A stretch of DNA of 64,000 nucleotides from Chrysomallon squamiferum (GCA_012295275.1 CM022678.1:7626001-7690000), one strand, 5' to 3'. Shown: positions 13,916-29,119, counted from the first letter of the stretch. Notes: generated by a model from the letters alone, not told the origin. Translations and numbers: made by a program.

Positions 13916-15224
13916 TACAAATAAGCAGACTGGACAAGTGCAGGAGTCTGTTTCAATCACAGGTGACAACATTTGTGACAAACTGGAAGTTTCAGCTTCA
14001 TGTGATTGTGATAAAAAAAATAGATTCTTTGTGCTTAGATTAATCACTGGATTCATGTATACGTGTGGAAGTATGGGACTGAAAGATGGATGGATGATGA
14101 ATAAGAGATATAAATGGATGAAGTAAAATGGTTAGCCTGGTTAGAGATAGGGAGGGATGATACATTCACATAATATCCAAATAGAATAACTCACTGGATG
14201 TGATAAATGCTGGATGATTGAAAGAATAAATGAATAGAAGCACGTGTAGTTGGATGGGCAGAAATGTGATTAATGACAGGATGATATATTGAAATATAAA
14301 ACATTTTGTTCTAACTGTATGACACCATAGAGTGTGTTTGTGTGTACTTTATAAGATGTCTATGAAGACAAACCAGTATCTCACACACTCGCTCTCACTA
14401 TTTGTACATTTAACAACTCTAAATATCACTAATTACTCTTTAAAATAAAATGACAAATATTTACCTTTTAAAAAGTGCAAATAGTTAATAAAAAAGAATT
14501 TAAAAAGCCATTATAAAATAAATTAAATTAAAAGGTAATGGTAAGAAGAACAGAAAAATAATCTATTTTGACAAATAAATATTCTAAGTTTCAACAAGAT
14601 GTACAGTGACTTACTGACCTTTATTAAATGCTTCATGTAAATTTTCACTGAGTTCTGTGGATCCTGATGTGCATAAACAACATTGCATGTTGAGTGAAAT
14701 CCACATCTACTGAGAACTAACTTAGAAGCAGTTAATTATGTATATAGAATAAAGTGATAAAAGAATCAAGATAAGCCCGTAGTTTGAAAAAGCTGATGTT
14801 TAGATGATTGTAAATAAGAACAATCCAACAAAATGTGACTCTCTGTTAATATACACTGACAGTGTCCACACTAAAGTGAATGTACATTTTTCAAAACTAA
14901 ACATATTGTCAAATAGAACTGACCAATACTGGGAGGACAAAGACAATTTCATCCTTCATTGACCATCTGTATTTGCCTGTCTCCCTCCTACACTGTCACA
15001 TTCATCTAGCTAAGTGTGTTAGACATGGTATGTATGTATGTGTGTGTGTATGTGTGTGAATATGTGTTTTCTTATTACTGAGATAATAATATGATATGCA
15101 TATGTGTATGAGTAATAAAGTGTTAGTAAGTTCATGTGTTAGAGAGAGGATAGATGGGTGTTTGTACATGAGTAGAGAGATGTGTATAATGATTAGAGGT
15201 GTATATGTTGGTATATGTGTGTTT

Positions 15225-15278
<54 letters not shown>

Positions 15279-15845
15279 TACTGGCAGGCAAGTAAATTCA
15301 TTGGTAGAGAGACACAATAAGGACATTTTGGAGATAACATTATTATGAATGAACACAGGGATAGAGCAGTGGACAGAAAGCTGTTTGTTTGGATTATCAA
15401 TGACATATTAATAGTAAAATAATTCCTAAAAAAGCTAAGAATACTAAAGATATTTCAAATATACTCAGTCTTTCAAGGTAATTTCTTTTTACAATTCTGT
15501 ATATATTAAAATATTAAAAAATATTTCAGTATCCATGCAGTGTCATTTATTCCTAAATTTACTGTCATTTTTAAATACATTTTTAAAATCTGGTTTCAAA
15601 AGTCCAATAAAAATATTTTTCTATAAACCTGCCTGTCTACATGAGAATCTCTCAGTTGTACATTTGTACATATTTCTATCATCCTTTCTGTCTCAACTAA
15701 CAAAGCACACCAACCTCTACCCATCTCATTGTCAGTTCTGTTTATCTATCCATCATCTACATGTATATGCTGCTGTCAATCTATGTGTGTGTGTTTTGTC
15801 ATCTCTCTCTCTCTCTTGCTCTCACACACACACACACATACACAC

Positions 15846-15889
<44 letters not shown>

Positions 15890-15974
15890 AACTATTCTGT
15901 TATTTTGTAAAGTAGTTATTTCAAAGAATCTAAAATCTAAAATCAACTTGTACACAGTCCAATGTAATCAAACA

Positions 15975-16019
<45 letters not shown>

Positions 16020-16742
16020 GTAGTAGAAGTAATAGAAGTAATACTATTATTAAGACAAAAATCGAAAAGAGATAGTGCACGCTTTTCAAACAAATATGTA
16101 GACAAGATAAATCAATTAACAAAAGAATAAATAAATAAATAAATAAATATGTTAAGGTCTCTCTAAGTGAATTTTGTTCTTTTTCAGATTTTTCTTCAGC
16201 AGTGATAAAACTCGTTTGTATAGTCTACTCACACAGAAAAACATTCAATCTCGAATATCATTTGGAAATTCCCAGATCTATTTTTGGAAAGTGCGCTTTT
16301 ATAATTTTTACAAGAAAAAACCGGAAGTTAATGTGAAACTTCTATTCTGTTTTTATGTTTCCATATATAATATTATATTGTATTACATTACATTATGTTA
16401 AGTTGTACAGGACTGTTGTACGCATGTTATAACAATGAATAATCTAAATCCCATCTTGTATATAACTGCGACAAAACACATACGTAAGTACTCCATCTTT
16501 ATTCTCCAGGAAATAAATAAATAAAGACAAATGGTCTATGTAATATTTACAGATATATATATTATTTACGTTAAAAAAAAAAAAAAAAAAAAAAAACAAC
16601 AACAACAACAAACACACAGGGAGGGATACATATCCAAACACAACAACAACAACAACATATCAAAGAGGTATAACTCAACTACAGTTCGGTAGATACCGCT
16701 CAGCGAAATAAAATATTTACTACTTCGCTTTTTTGTTTTTTT

Positions 16743-16805
<63 letters not shown>

Positions 16806-17729
16806 TGTTTGTAGAGAGCTTGAAGAAATTTAAAATTTTTAAAATTAAAATTTAACAAATGCCATTTTAGTTAAAAAACTATATATATAAATATTTCTTC
16901 CTGCTATTTAACTTTTTTTTTTCGAGAACTGAGTGGAATAAAAAGAAACTGTGGAGTAGCTGGTAATAGATTATGAACTAAATTTAATAATCTCATCAGT
17001 GACTTTCTTCAAGCCTGTTAGACATAAAACATTGATTCAGTTTTTAAATTATATAATGGACTCTGTCAAAACCGGTCTTTTATTAGTCCGGATCTTTTGT
17101 AACGGAACTGATTCGAAATCCCGTCCAGCTATCAAAACGCTAATTCTGATTTCGAGAGTAAATTGCAGAAGAAAAGAACAATTTAAATAGAATCACTTCT
17201 TAAACAATGACTGCAATTTGTTACGACACAAAGATACAGCAGACAATTAAATATCTAAAATACTTAACCGATTTCAGCCAAATTTAGTTTTAAAAAAATA
17301 AATAAAGCAACAACAAAAACCCCACAAAATAAAAGAGAAGCGAGTAAAACGGACGAAGCCCGTCACACTTCACACTGACAAATTAACACAGGCCACCGTT
17401 TGTTCTCGTTTTTCTAGCCCACCTCTGTTGTACACTCTAACTACACCCTCCAGAGTTATCTCCCCTAGCAGAATTATAAAATAAACAACACTTATTAGAA
17501 CAACACTGTTATAATACTTAAGACGTACATTTTTCGTTTTCTTATTAAATTCTAGAGTGTAAACATATTGCATTCTTACTGTACTTTAAAGTGAAATTAA
17601 GAGAAGAATTTTCATGAAATCAACTGTGTAAATGGAGATATTTAGTATTTGCAATTTAAGACAGGAAGATAAACAGTGTGTGTGTGTGTGTGTGTTTGTG
17701 TGTTATAGGAAATGTTGTTTTTATCAAGA

Positions 17730-17900
17730 AATATGTGTAATTATTGAACTGAAAGCAAAGTGGATAGAGGTGGTGATGGTCTATTGGAACCCTAGGTATC
17801 CACAGAGGCTAGCGTCTGTAGAAAAAATAAACTGTGACATTAAAGACATGCTTGTTTGTTGGTTAGGAGAAAACAATACAGCTGAATGGACTGCTGGACA
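17730..17900 (+). mobile_element. Ginger/KRBA2-SCAND3-like DDE integrase fragment
   Basis: VIIELKAKWIEVVMVYWNPRYPQRLASVEKINCDIKDMLVCWLGENNTAEWTAG resembles the rve motif VHGKPRHSQSQGSVERANQDIENML..W...W. Confidence 0.7.
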
Positions 17901-19501
17901 CATATTTAAGTCTGTGTGTTTGTGTGTGTGTGTGTGTTCACAGTAACATTTATATAATATTTGTAAGCATTTGTGATTCATTTTTTTTATTTATTTATCT
18001 ACAGTGTGACTGGTATGTTTTGATAATAACGATCATTTTGATGAGATAATTGTAACAGTAAAGATTCAAATTAATAAAGAAACAAAAATAAATAATACAG
18101 TACTTTCAAATATGAGCACATTCATTTGAACGAACTGTTGTAGTAAATTAGCACATTATCTATTATATTCACGTTTACTATAGTATCTACTATATTAATG
18201 GTATACTACCATATACAAAATACTATATACCATATCAACTGTATTCCATATCTACTACTGTAAATGATATCCATATCAACTGTATTTCATACTTGATCTC
18301 AGAATGATTGGTGCAGTTCTTAGTGGTACCTACAGGTTTGATTCCAAGTTATGAACACATACAAAATAAAATTACATCATTTTATTTACCCGTTCTGTTT
18401 TTATACATCTGCAGATGAAACTATAAATAGACATGGATATGATTTTGTGTGTGTTTTGAAAGGAATGTAATCCAAAATCATGTTTTTTTTTTTTTTTTTT
18501 TGAATCTTTAAAATCTAAAAATAAAGTTACATTTATTTATTTATTTACATTAAACTGGTCTTTGATTTTTCATTTTATTTTCTGTGTTATCACACATTTC
18601 AGAATCAGAAAATTCAAATAATCTTATTGACCTTCTAATTAATATACCTATGAATTTATCCATTTAAATAAATTTACTTAAAATAATTGTAACAGAAGAA
18701 TTTATGATTATGGGTTAATATATCAAAACAATATAAATAAAAATTATCCTAGTAAATAGAAATTTGTTTCTCCATTATGATAATGCTAGCTAAAATTTTA
18801 TAATTGAAAACAAAATAATTTGTAATATTTAATTCAACAAAAATACTTTTTCATATGAAAAATATGATTTTAGAAAAACTTCTAAAAGTTATAAGATTTC
18901 TGATTTATCCAGTAAAACTATATTAATAAAATATACATGAAATAAAAAAGAATACCAAGACATTTGTTTACAAAAAAATATTTTAAATTAATATCTAATT
19001 TGACAGATAAATAATCTGCAAATTACTAATTAACTAAATTTCTAATTACTGAGTTTATCTTCCAAACAACAAATACATACATATATAAGTTTACATATTT
19101 CCTTCCATTTTGTATTTTATTAACATACTTTTACTGGGTAAATCTTTACCACAAGTCTTGGTCTTTTATATTTGGGTTATATGATTAAGTAGATTATTCT
19201 TTCAAAAAAACAAACAAAAAAAAACAACACAGGAAACAAGAAATATATTTAAAAAAAATAATTAAAAAAAATAATATATAAAAATAATAAAAAATCTTCC
19301 TTTTTTTATTATAAAACTTTTGTTTGTTTGTTTTGTTTAAAACAAGAAATCAATGCTTTCTAAGATCAGTCATATTCATCTTCTTTTCAAATTTGTATCA
19401 TAAGAATTAATGTCATATTTTTCACCATTGTTTGAAATACACTTTGAAATAATCATCATTTTCCCTATCATGTATTGTCTGAATGTTTTTATTTTTCTCA
19501 C

Positions 19502-19791
19502 TCATTAGGATCATTTGAAATATTAGTTCTTGTTTAAGACTGCTGCAGACTTGACTGTTCTTGGTGCTGTGTCTGGTCAAACATTTTTCTCACTGCTGTG
19601 ACTGACTGAAAAAAGAGGCAGAACTGAATCCAGCATCTGTTTCATGATTTCTGAATCAGTCTGGCATCAACTATCAAAACTTTGATAGCAAAAACTCAAA
19701 TCTTCATCAAACTTGGCCACAGATTTTCATTTCTGCTTTGATATGTCTGTGCACTGAACTCCATCAAACCATCCTATAAATAATAATAATA

Positions 19792-19846
<55 letters not shown>

Positions 19847-21216
19847 TTAAGAAGAAGAAGAAGAAGAAAAACACAACAACAACAATGGTAATAATTGTGA
19901 TATTAGAAGCAAGAATAATTATTATAATAATAATAGTGAAAATATCTACTGTTTTAATATTAATACTAAAAATTTGTATTACAATAAAGTAACACACTCT
20001 ATACATATATTTGCTGTTAGGCTAATATTAATTTACTGCTTCAAAACTTACTTATCTATATTTTGCATCAATTTAATTGAAAATATGAAGTAGCATCATG
20101 TTCCACTATTGTTCATTGAAATAGTTGTCTTTTTTAAAAATCACTTATTAAGAAATATGTAGAAATCTGACTGCCACAGTTACATCAATGACACACGAGA
20201 GATAGACTTTCACTGGAATTGTTTCATTCAGGATGATATTTCTACTACCTGAATCAAAGTGTATAATTACTTGTTGTCTACCACATCAAGTCTACTATTT
20301 CAAGTCAGTGGAACCTCACGTCTCAGATCCTAGGTTGCTTAGGTTTGCAACATTTTCCATACCAACAACTATACCATATTAATAGGATCAGTAAAAAATG
20401 TCCTGATATTTGAAGACAGTATCTATTCTGTTTTTGTACAACAGTTTATTTTAAAAAGAAATTCACAAAATATTAATTTTTCACTGAATGCATTAAACTA
20501 GAAATACCTGATTAAACAGAAGTAATTTAATACTCATCAAACAACATAAAAACATAAAATGAGATGTTGATTGAGAAGAAAAGACATCACCACTATTTTA
20601 AAAGTCTTCAGCTATATTTTTTATCACATTAAAACATTTCCTTATACATAAAATAATCTCATATTAATGCTTCAACATTTTCAGCATTACTATCATTTAA
20701 AACATTTTCTTATTATACACAATTCAAGGCTTTCACAAAAATCTGTGCTTGTAGCTGAAAGTTAGTTTGGAAAATGAGTGCACTGTTTTGACTTCTTTAC
20801 ATGATGTGCTGGTATTGAGGAATGAGAGGACGGCTGTCATACAATCTACAGTTTACTGCCCTTTACCTTAATTTCATTACTAAAACTACACAATGTGATA
20901 TCTGACTCATATCATGCTGGCTAGTCACATTTGATGTTTTTAAAAAATTAACATACTATTGTACTATTTAATTTCTTATTATTTTAAAAATTATTATTAT
21001 TATTATAAATAAACAAAAGACGTCCTGATAAAAAGAAGTCAGTGTGTAAAATAAAGTTTAAGTTTGTGAATTAATAAAAGAAAGAAACAAAACTCAGATG
21101 AACTGGTCACCTGTAGACTGCACACACAACACACCAGCTCTGCATGTCAGAGTACAAGTCTGGAAAATTCTCCCTCATCTTCTACCATTAGCACTTGTGT
21201 GACCTTTTTCTCTTTT
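19502..21216 (-). pseudogene. Degenerate multi-exon gene fragment, unidentified
   Basis: Minus-strand exons with AG/GT ends: 21111-21216 (KEKKVTQVLMVEDEGEFSRLVL*HAELVCC) and 19502-19773 (GWFDGVQCTDISKQK*KSVAKFDEDLSFCYQSFDS*CQTDSEIMKQMLDSVLP...). Stops are mostly TGA. Confidence 0.45.
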
Positions 21217-22458
21217 CTGAAAGTGTGAAAATGTTTTGAGAACAAAATAAAATAAAAATTGCTAGTTTGTTGTTTAGTTTTTGTTTTATGTTTTGTTTTT
21301 TTGTTAACATTTTTTTTCTGTGTGTGTGAGTTGTTTCCGTTTACCATGATTAACACATTATTTTTATTATGTACAAGCAGTTTCAAACTTAAATTAGTGT
21401 TATAAATACTGCAACGTTTTATCCTAGATTAATTAATAGTTTTACATTAAAGGGAAGTTGAAAAGGTTAAATATAAAATTGTTTTCTTCCTGAAAAATTA
21501 AAAATTAAAATGATTCACTTTCATTTCCAAACAAGTAAAAAGTACTCTTTTTTTTACTAAAACTTTATAGGTCTGTCCCACTATTAACATTTGACTTTAA
21601 AACCCAATATATTATAATTTAGAACATTCACTTTTCTTTTGAAAACCAAGTTACTGTCACAAACACAATTAAAAACTAATTCTTTGCTTGGACACGTATA
21701 CCCTTTTAAATGAGATAATAAGAATAACAAAACAATCATAAAAATGAATAGCCATTTATAATATTTTATTTTAAAACTATTTTATAAATCTGTATTTCCA
21801 AAATACAACATTCATAAATGAATTGCTGCTATCATTTTACTGTTATCTTTGTCAATAGAATAACATTAAAATTATTTTTCTCTAAAATCTATTAATAATC
21901 TGAGTAGAAGGATGAATGTTTTTAAATACTTTCTTTATTGGCAGCATTCTGAAATACTGACCATTACATACGGATCTTTTAAAGTCTGAAACCATCCAGT
22001 TTGAATAATAAAATTGTATTTAGATAGGTAAAAACATCATTCAGTATATACACTAAAACTGAATATTTTTACCATATATTTACCATTTATCATCTAAAGT
22101 ATAGAATGAAGAAAATAATCTTTAACAGAGCCAAACAAACTCATTTTAATAAAAGAAGATTTAAAATGTTTAGTAATTAACAAAATAATAAAAAAATAAA
22201 TAAAAATAAATAAAATTAAGTATAAGTTACTGGACTGTTCACACAATATGGGCTGTGGGATATTTTCAATGTACATTGTTATTAATAAATAATTTTTATG
22301 AGTAATGCCTAATCATTATAATGATAATAATAAAATAATTAACAAAACAACAGCAAATAAGTGATTATTATTACGATATTTTATAATCAATAAATTATAA
22401 AGAGCTCCTACAGAACTTATTTTACTGTCTAATAACAAAAATAAAATAAAAAACTCAC

Positions 22459-22565
22459 ATCTCAGAATGGTGCAGTCTGCATAAGAATGGTTTCTTAACA
22501 GGTGATTCATCCTTCTCCATGATGTAAATTCCCATTCTTAACAGAATAATAATGCAATGACCTAC
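22459..22565 (-). pseudogene. CAMSAP: CAMSAP N-terminal exon copy in the left arm
   Basis: Reverse complement of 61267-61376; reads GIYIMEKDESPV..TILMQTAPF*. Confidence 0.75.
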
Positions 22566-22716
22566 CAAAGATAGCAATACCAATAGTAAATACAATATAT
22601 ATTATTTTTTGTAAGAAGATGATATTTTTTCAGAAAATACAGTTTTCTCTGCTTATTATCGTTTGTGAATGTCATAATAAATTTATTTGCATGTGAAATT
22701 GCCAACACATACACAC

Positions 22717-22805
<89 letters not shown>

Positions 22806-23384
22806 AAAAATTATATTAAATTGAATAATCAACAAGTAACACGTTACCGAATTAAAAATAAAAATAATCTGGCTGTCAAACATCAGTTCATACTGTTTTG
22901 AAAAGCGTAGCATACATTCGAATCCGTGTATGTTCGATACATCGTGGTTTATCGAGACTAGCCTGGCCTTAACCTAATTTTATTTAGTATTTAAGAAGTA
23001 ATTAATTTGTTTATTCTCACAAAAATTATTGTAAAATTTGTAGAAATTAATTCTGGTTTCCGACCTACATGTGATTTCCTGTCTATTGTCGCAGCCACAG
23101 TATAACTTGTGGTATTTGAAGAAGTAATTCTCTGTCAGATTATCTCAAGTATGTATTTACAATTAACTTAGATTTTACAAACAGGACAATTATACTGTAT
23201 TCATTTCTGAGCTAAAAATGAAATTAAGAAAATATATATAATAATTATTAATATTCTGCCGAGATGATCCGAACGGTCACGATCAGTTTTACGATACTGG
23301 GTCAGCGAGACTCGCGGTTTTGTTTATCAAGACTACAGAAAACGCCATGCCTATCCGGTCTAGAAAGTTTGTGTTTATAAACCG

Positions 23385-23565
23385 ATGTTGGCAAATTAAG
23401 GTGAGCCGATAAGTCCAATTTATCGAACTACGAGCAAACCTTTTATATGAAGTAAATATCTGAGATTAATACTGTCTCTTGTGTTATATCTTATAGAAAA
23501 AAAGGCGACTATCACATAATCTTTTTACCATCCCAGTCGCTGAAACGGAACTTAGTCGCAATTAA
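23385..23565 (-). mobile_element. Fragment of the CAGGG-ended DNA element family
   Basis: Reverse complement of 45420-45634 and similar to 46262-46370; lies in a segment absent from the right arm. Confidence 0.65.
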
Positions 23566-24279
23566 TTCTCAAAAATTCTGAATAAATAATTTATAAATTT
23601 AATATTTTCGGTAACTTTTAAATAATTTTTTATTTTTTATTTTTTGGTTTCCAAATGATAAGTGATAAATTTTATAATTTTTTATATATATTTTTTTTTT
23701 TTAACAATTATGTATTAGGGTTATCAATGATAAATGTAATTTATCTATTTACAGGATAAACAAGCCTTCTGCTGACCAGAAAAAGGCCAAGGATGACCAC
23801 TTGACCATGTGTGTAGTGCAGCGTTCAGTGAAGAACATAACTTCTCCAGTCCTGGCAGTTAAGAGAAATTTATACAGACTCAGACACTCAGATGTGTTCA
23901 ACATGTTTGTAAACAGATGCTGGGTATAATGGACAAATAATTCAGTTTACTACCAGATTTTATAAACTACTTAATGTCACCTGAGAATGTTTTAATATTA
24001 ATATTATTTTAATTTGATTAATTAGGTATGTTTAAGTGAACAATGAGTTAACAGTGATTACAGTGAGTTATATCTATCATTAATTACATCTATAATTTTT
24101 GTTTGTTTATTTAATTTTTAAAATGATAAAAAAAAGTCCTTAACATTTTTGAACTATGCTGATTTTAATGCATTTTAAATTAATATTAAATTGACATAAA
24201 CAAAAAACTGATTAAAAAATGAAGAAAAAAGAAACAAGTCAAAAAAAGTTTTTCAAACAAAAAATTACTTTTGTTTCAG

Positions 24280-25942
24280 ACTGAGAATGTAGAAGCCAGG
24301 GTTTGACATGGGAACAGATTTGTCATAAAGCTGAAGGCAGTTTGTCAGTATGGATACCACTTGAAAAAAGTATGAGAAAGGTTAGCATTTGTTTCTTTGA
24401 ACTGTAGTGTACCCATCAAAGCAAAAAGTGCAAGGGCTGCCTGTCTTGTCTCAGATGAAAAAGTCCTTGGTTTCACAAATATTGAAATAAGCTTTTTACT
24501 TTATTATTATTATTAGTAGTAGTATTATTATTAGTAGTAGTAGTAGTATTATTATTATTTAGATCTAAATGAGTATACATCAACTGATGTCAGTATTACT
24601 AAGTATACTGATACTTGTACTAACAGAATCAGTGGATTAACTTGTTCCTGTCCAGCTGGGAAGACACTTGAAAATGACCAGACAACATGTGTTAGTAAGC
24701 AGAATTTCTCATTACAAAATAAATTAATATAAAAATACTTTTTAAAATATTTTAAGAACATAATTATATTTTCAAATTTGATTGAACTTATTCTGTTAAA
24801 TTAGAAATTTCTGATCATATTTAGATTATACTTCTAACATAATTTTATAAATTTTGTTTTACATAAAAATACTAACACTAAAGTTTGATTTTAATTTAAT
24901 TTATTTATTGTAAATTTAAATTTTAATTTTCCCTTTCAGAGCATTGTCAATGTAAATCATGCTGGGTGGTGCGTGATGTGAAAACAACAGAGATGAATGT
25001 AGTGTTTCAACAGTTTCATGTCAAGCAAACAGCAGCTGCAAAAACCTGCCAGTCTCCTATCGTTTGAGTGTAAGACAGGATATCACAACTTGTCAGATGA
25101 ATGTATAGGTGAGTAGGATATACTTAATAAATTGTTAATTACTCAATATTAAAAATTTGGTAACAGGTTGAAATTATAACATTTTACATAATAAACAGCT
25201 ATATGCTGTAAATGATTCCTTTCTACTTAATAAATATTTATATGCTCAAAATGATTGCTTATTACTTTATAAATAGTGATATCTAAAAACATTACTCTAT
25301 TTTACTTTAAAAAAAATAGTTAAATGATACCAATGATTGATGAATTTTGTATATCATTTTGTGATTTTAATTACCAAAGAAATCAGAATGGATGTTTTAG
25401 ATTGAAAAATGACATAGGAATGAGTTAATTAATACCTCAGTGACAACATTAACTTTATCTGCATTAAAATGTAATAAATAAATAAAATAATAAAAATATT
25501 ATTTTATACTTGTTAATACATTTTTATTCAAAAATGTTTATTTAACACAGAAAATCAACTTTCAGTAACTAAGAAACAACAAAAAAGAACCCAAAACAAA
25601 ACATGTTTAGTACCAGGTAATTTAATTTTTTTCAGTTTGAGTCACATTAATTTTTAGCAACATGAAACAAAAAAACCAAAAAAACGAACACTTTTTGTTT
25701 AAATGTAACAAAATTTTATAAAATTATAAAATATTTTGTTTTCATTTGTGTCAGAAAGTGATAAAAGTGTAAATTATTTTAGTTTGACAAAATATAATAA
25801 AGTTATAAAAATATTTTGTGTTCAGTTGTGACAGTGCTGCAGTGAAGAGTTCATGTGAACAGGGCTGTAGGGTGCGTGACACAGTGGAGCAGTGTTTGTG
25901 TAGAAATGTTTACCTTGAATTCAGACAACAAAACATGCTCAG
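24280..25942 (+). pseudogene. Calcium-binding EGF-repeat exons (fibrillin/fibulin/mucin-like), disrupted
   Basis: Exons 24280-24381, 24563-24694 (DLNEYTSTDVSITKYTDTCTNRISGLTCSCPAGKTLENDQTTC), 24940-25108 (CENNRDECSVSTVSCQANSSCKNLPVSYR.ECKTGYHNLSDECI) and 25826-25942 (SCEQGCRVRDTVEQCLCRN/TLNSDNKTCS). Cys-to-Tyr changes and frameshifts present. Confidence 0.85.
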
Positions 25943-26519
25943 GTGAGTCAGTTCTATCTGGTTCTCAGGTTAAATTGTTCACTTCAAGCATTGTTAGTTT
26001 ATTCATATTTTGAGTTTAAGTGTTATCTGTTTGAATCTGACTGGCCAGCATTTCTACCATTATATGTTGTGTTTTTTTTATTATTAATAATGTCATGCTC
26101 ATTATATAATCAGCAATCAGTTTATAGCTTATGTATGCATTAGTAGCTTTTGTGCTATTCAAATAGTTAAGTTAAAATTGTCATTTCTGGAATTAAGAAA
26201 ATTTCAAAGCAGTTAATACTATTTCAGAAACTTGTCAGAATTTATGAATAATTTTTATTTTTATTAAGAATAGTTACATCTGTCTAACTTAAACTTGATT
26301 AGTTTTAGAAATGCTCAGAACTTATGAATTTTAAATTAATCCATATATTAGAAATAATTTCTGTGTAAATGATATTTGAGTAATTTTAGAAACTTGTCAA
26401 AATGTATGAGAAAGTTTAATTGTTGTTAATGAAATATTCACAAACATGAAACATGCACACACAAACCTCCATATATATACATATACAGTGAATTTAATTA
26501 ACTCAAATCAAATATAGTG

Positions 26520-26812
26520 ATATCAATAAAATGAAATGATATACATTGAAATGAAATGTGATATTGTGCAGTACAATAAAATAAAATAAATGAAATGAAA
26601 TACTATGAAATACATTTCAACACAACACAACACAATACAATAATTGAACCAAACTGAACAAACTGAACTGAACTGAACTGAACTGAAATAAGAAATGAAA
26701 TAATGTTAAAATATAATAAAATTAATGGAATAAAATAAAATAAAAAGTAATGTGTGAAATGATTCACAATGAAATAAATGAAATGAAATGCAATACAATG
26801 CTAAACTAAACT
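26520..26812. repeat. Degenerate pentamer repeat (AAATG/AACTG/AATAA)
   Basis: Seen directly. Confidence 0.8.
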
Positions 26813-28784
26813 GATTTTGTCCATGGAATAAATGGCTTTTTAACAGTAAGTAAAAAAATCATGAAAATAATTAAGTGACAACCCATCCCATTTGAATCAT
26901 ATCAATCTTCATTTTACATGTAAATTGTATAATATTGTTTATACAACTCTGTATTAATTAATAATAGATTTGTTTTCTTCAGGGTCCTTTTTCATAAGCT
27001 TGTTTTGAGACAGAAAGAAAAGATGAGAAGCAACTTTGATTCTAAATGACTTGTTGTGTTTATCCCCAAGTTCTTCAAGTTTTCACACTACTGAACAAAC
27101 TAAACAGAAGAAACAACAGAAGATAAAATATCTTCACAAGAAATATGAAGAACTGAATACCTGAAGAATATTTAGAGCTTTTAGAAAGTTCCACACCAAA
27201 AGTATTATTTTAAAAACAGTTACAGTAATTTGAAAGTTCAGGTATATCTTAGACCATGTTTTTCTAAATTATTAATTATGGATTTTTTTGAGACTTTTCT
27301 AATATTATCTTTTTCATATGAAAAAGTAGTTTTGATGTTAATCTTTTCTTTTCTTGTTCAAATAAATATTTCAAATTATTTTGTTTTCTGTTTTTCATTA
27401 CATATTTGTAGCTAGCATTTTCATCAGACTTGAGAAATAGTTGAGTGAGGAATATTTGTATTTATATAGTTTTGAAATAATAGTAGAAGTAATAGATTGT
27501 GGAAATACAGATACAGATAATGTTGCAGCAGTTAGTAATAGAATTAGTAGTAGTAGTAGTAGTAGTAGTATAACTAGAAATAATAGCAGCAATAGTAATA
27601 CTAGTAGAAGGTAATAAAAATAATAGCTTTGCTTGCAGATATATAATTTTGAATTTTACTTGCATTTCAAATGACTGAAAAATTTGGTTGTTTGCAGAAT
27701 ATAATATTTAAATAGTTTCTTCTATCTTTGTATCTGTCTGTCTGTCTGTATGTGGAACCAGTCATTACACATATTACACAAAATAACTAAAGCTTATTGC
27801 TGACACTTGTTATACAGGCTTTTCTTTTTTTTATTTATGACAGGTAATTTTATTGAAAGATTTAAAATAGGTAGTTATAAATGTTTATTTAAACCCTGTT
27901 TTCTCCTTCCAAACAAATATTAAAATGTTTCTGAGTTTTGTTATTTATATTTTTAATTTAAGTAGAGTCATAGACAACTTCATAAGGTAAAGTGGAGGGG
28001 AACAGTGATTAACAAATTCAGTGTTTAGCTGTTGTTACAGACATTTCACTAGATGTCAGTCTGATCCCAGGATCAAATCAGGAGAGCGAATCATCTTTTT
28101 TACAAAATGAGATTGAATGATAATTCATGAGAGAGAGAGAGATCTAAAACATTATTTTTCAAAATAATTATCACTCAGTTAAATTCAACAATGAGGATTG
28201 GCTGAGGGTAGGTATACAGTTAGATTTAAGACTGATTAATATTTATTGATAGATAAAGAAATGTCTGTTTTAGGAATTTAGTTTTTACAAATAAAGCTAT
28301 TATAATTCTTACTAGATTCAAAATAATTGTTAATTTCAGTACACATTTTATTGTATTTTATCATTATTTCTCTATTGTTTCAGTTATGTACTACTACTAC
28401 TACTACTACTACTACTAGTACTACTACTAGTACTATTTAATATATAATGACAAAAGGAACATTTCAGTGTTAATTCAATAAATGTATTTGTAAATATCCT
28501 ACACTTCAGATTATTTTTGCAAATTAGGTTAGGATTTTATATTTATTTTATTTTATTTTATTATTTTTTTTAATATATTTATTTATTCAAAAGTAGCAAA
28601 TTATTTATGCATATCTTTGTATGGATCAGGTTTAGGACCTGGTAATACATACGAAAGTTACAGATGACTGGTTTGTTTTGACAGAAAAGAAAAAGAGAAG
28701 ACTTGAATGTCAAACTCTGCTTAAAACATGATTATGTTATTTCAAACATATTTTAATTATCTTCTTCTTCTTCTTCTTATGATG

Positions 28785-28823
<39 letters not shown>

Positions 28824-28875
28824 GTTTTCTTTTAAATTAACAAAGAAATAAATGTTAATAAAAGTAACAGTTGTG

Positions 28876-28941
<66 letters not shown>

Positions 28942-29029
28942 TTATAATAAAGCCACTCAGTAAACTAATTCAACTCATTCTATTATCATATATTAAGCTG
29001 TGCATTATGAAGCAGCAAATAGACAGACA

Positions 29030-29119
<90 letters not shown>

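Larger units (their letters stand above)
22240..26235 (+). repeat. Left arm of a ~4 kb inverted segmental duplication (partner 57108-61566)
   Basis: Reverse-complement matches throughout, e.g. 22250 gggctgtgggatat vs 61551-61564, 23756-23925 vs 60260-60435, and 26190-26235 vs 57108-57153. Confidence 0.95.

Noticed and set aside
13074-14126. 350-aa and 297-aa ORFs and other [12 protein letters not shown]/poly-L, -I, -Y ORFs
   Set aside because: Translations of microsatellites.
17052-17135. Possible mariner/pogo-like TIR (tataatggactctgtcaaaaccgg)
   Set aside because: No partner end found and the terminus is degenerate.
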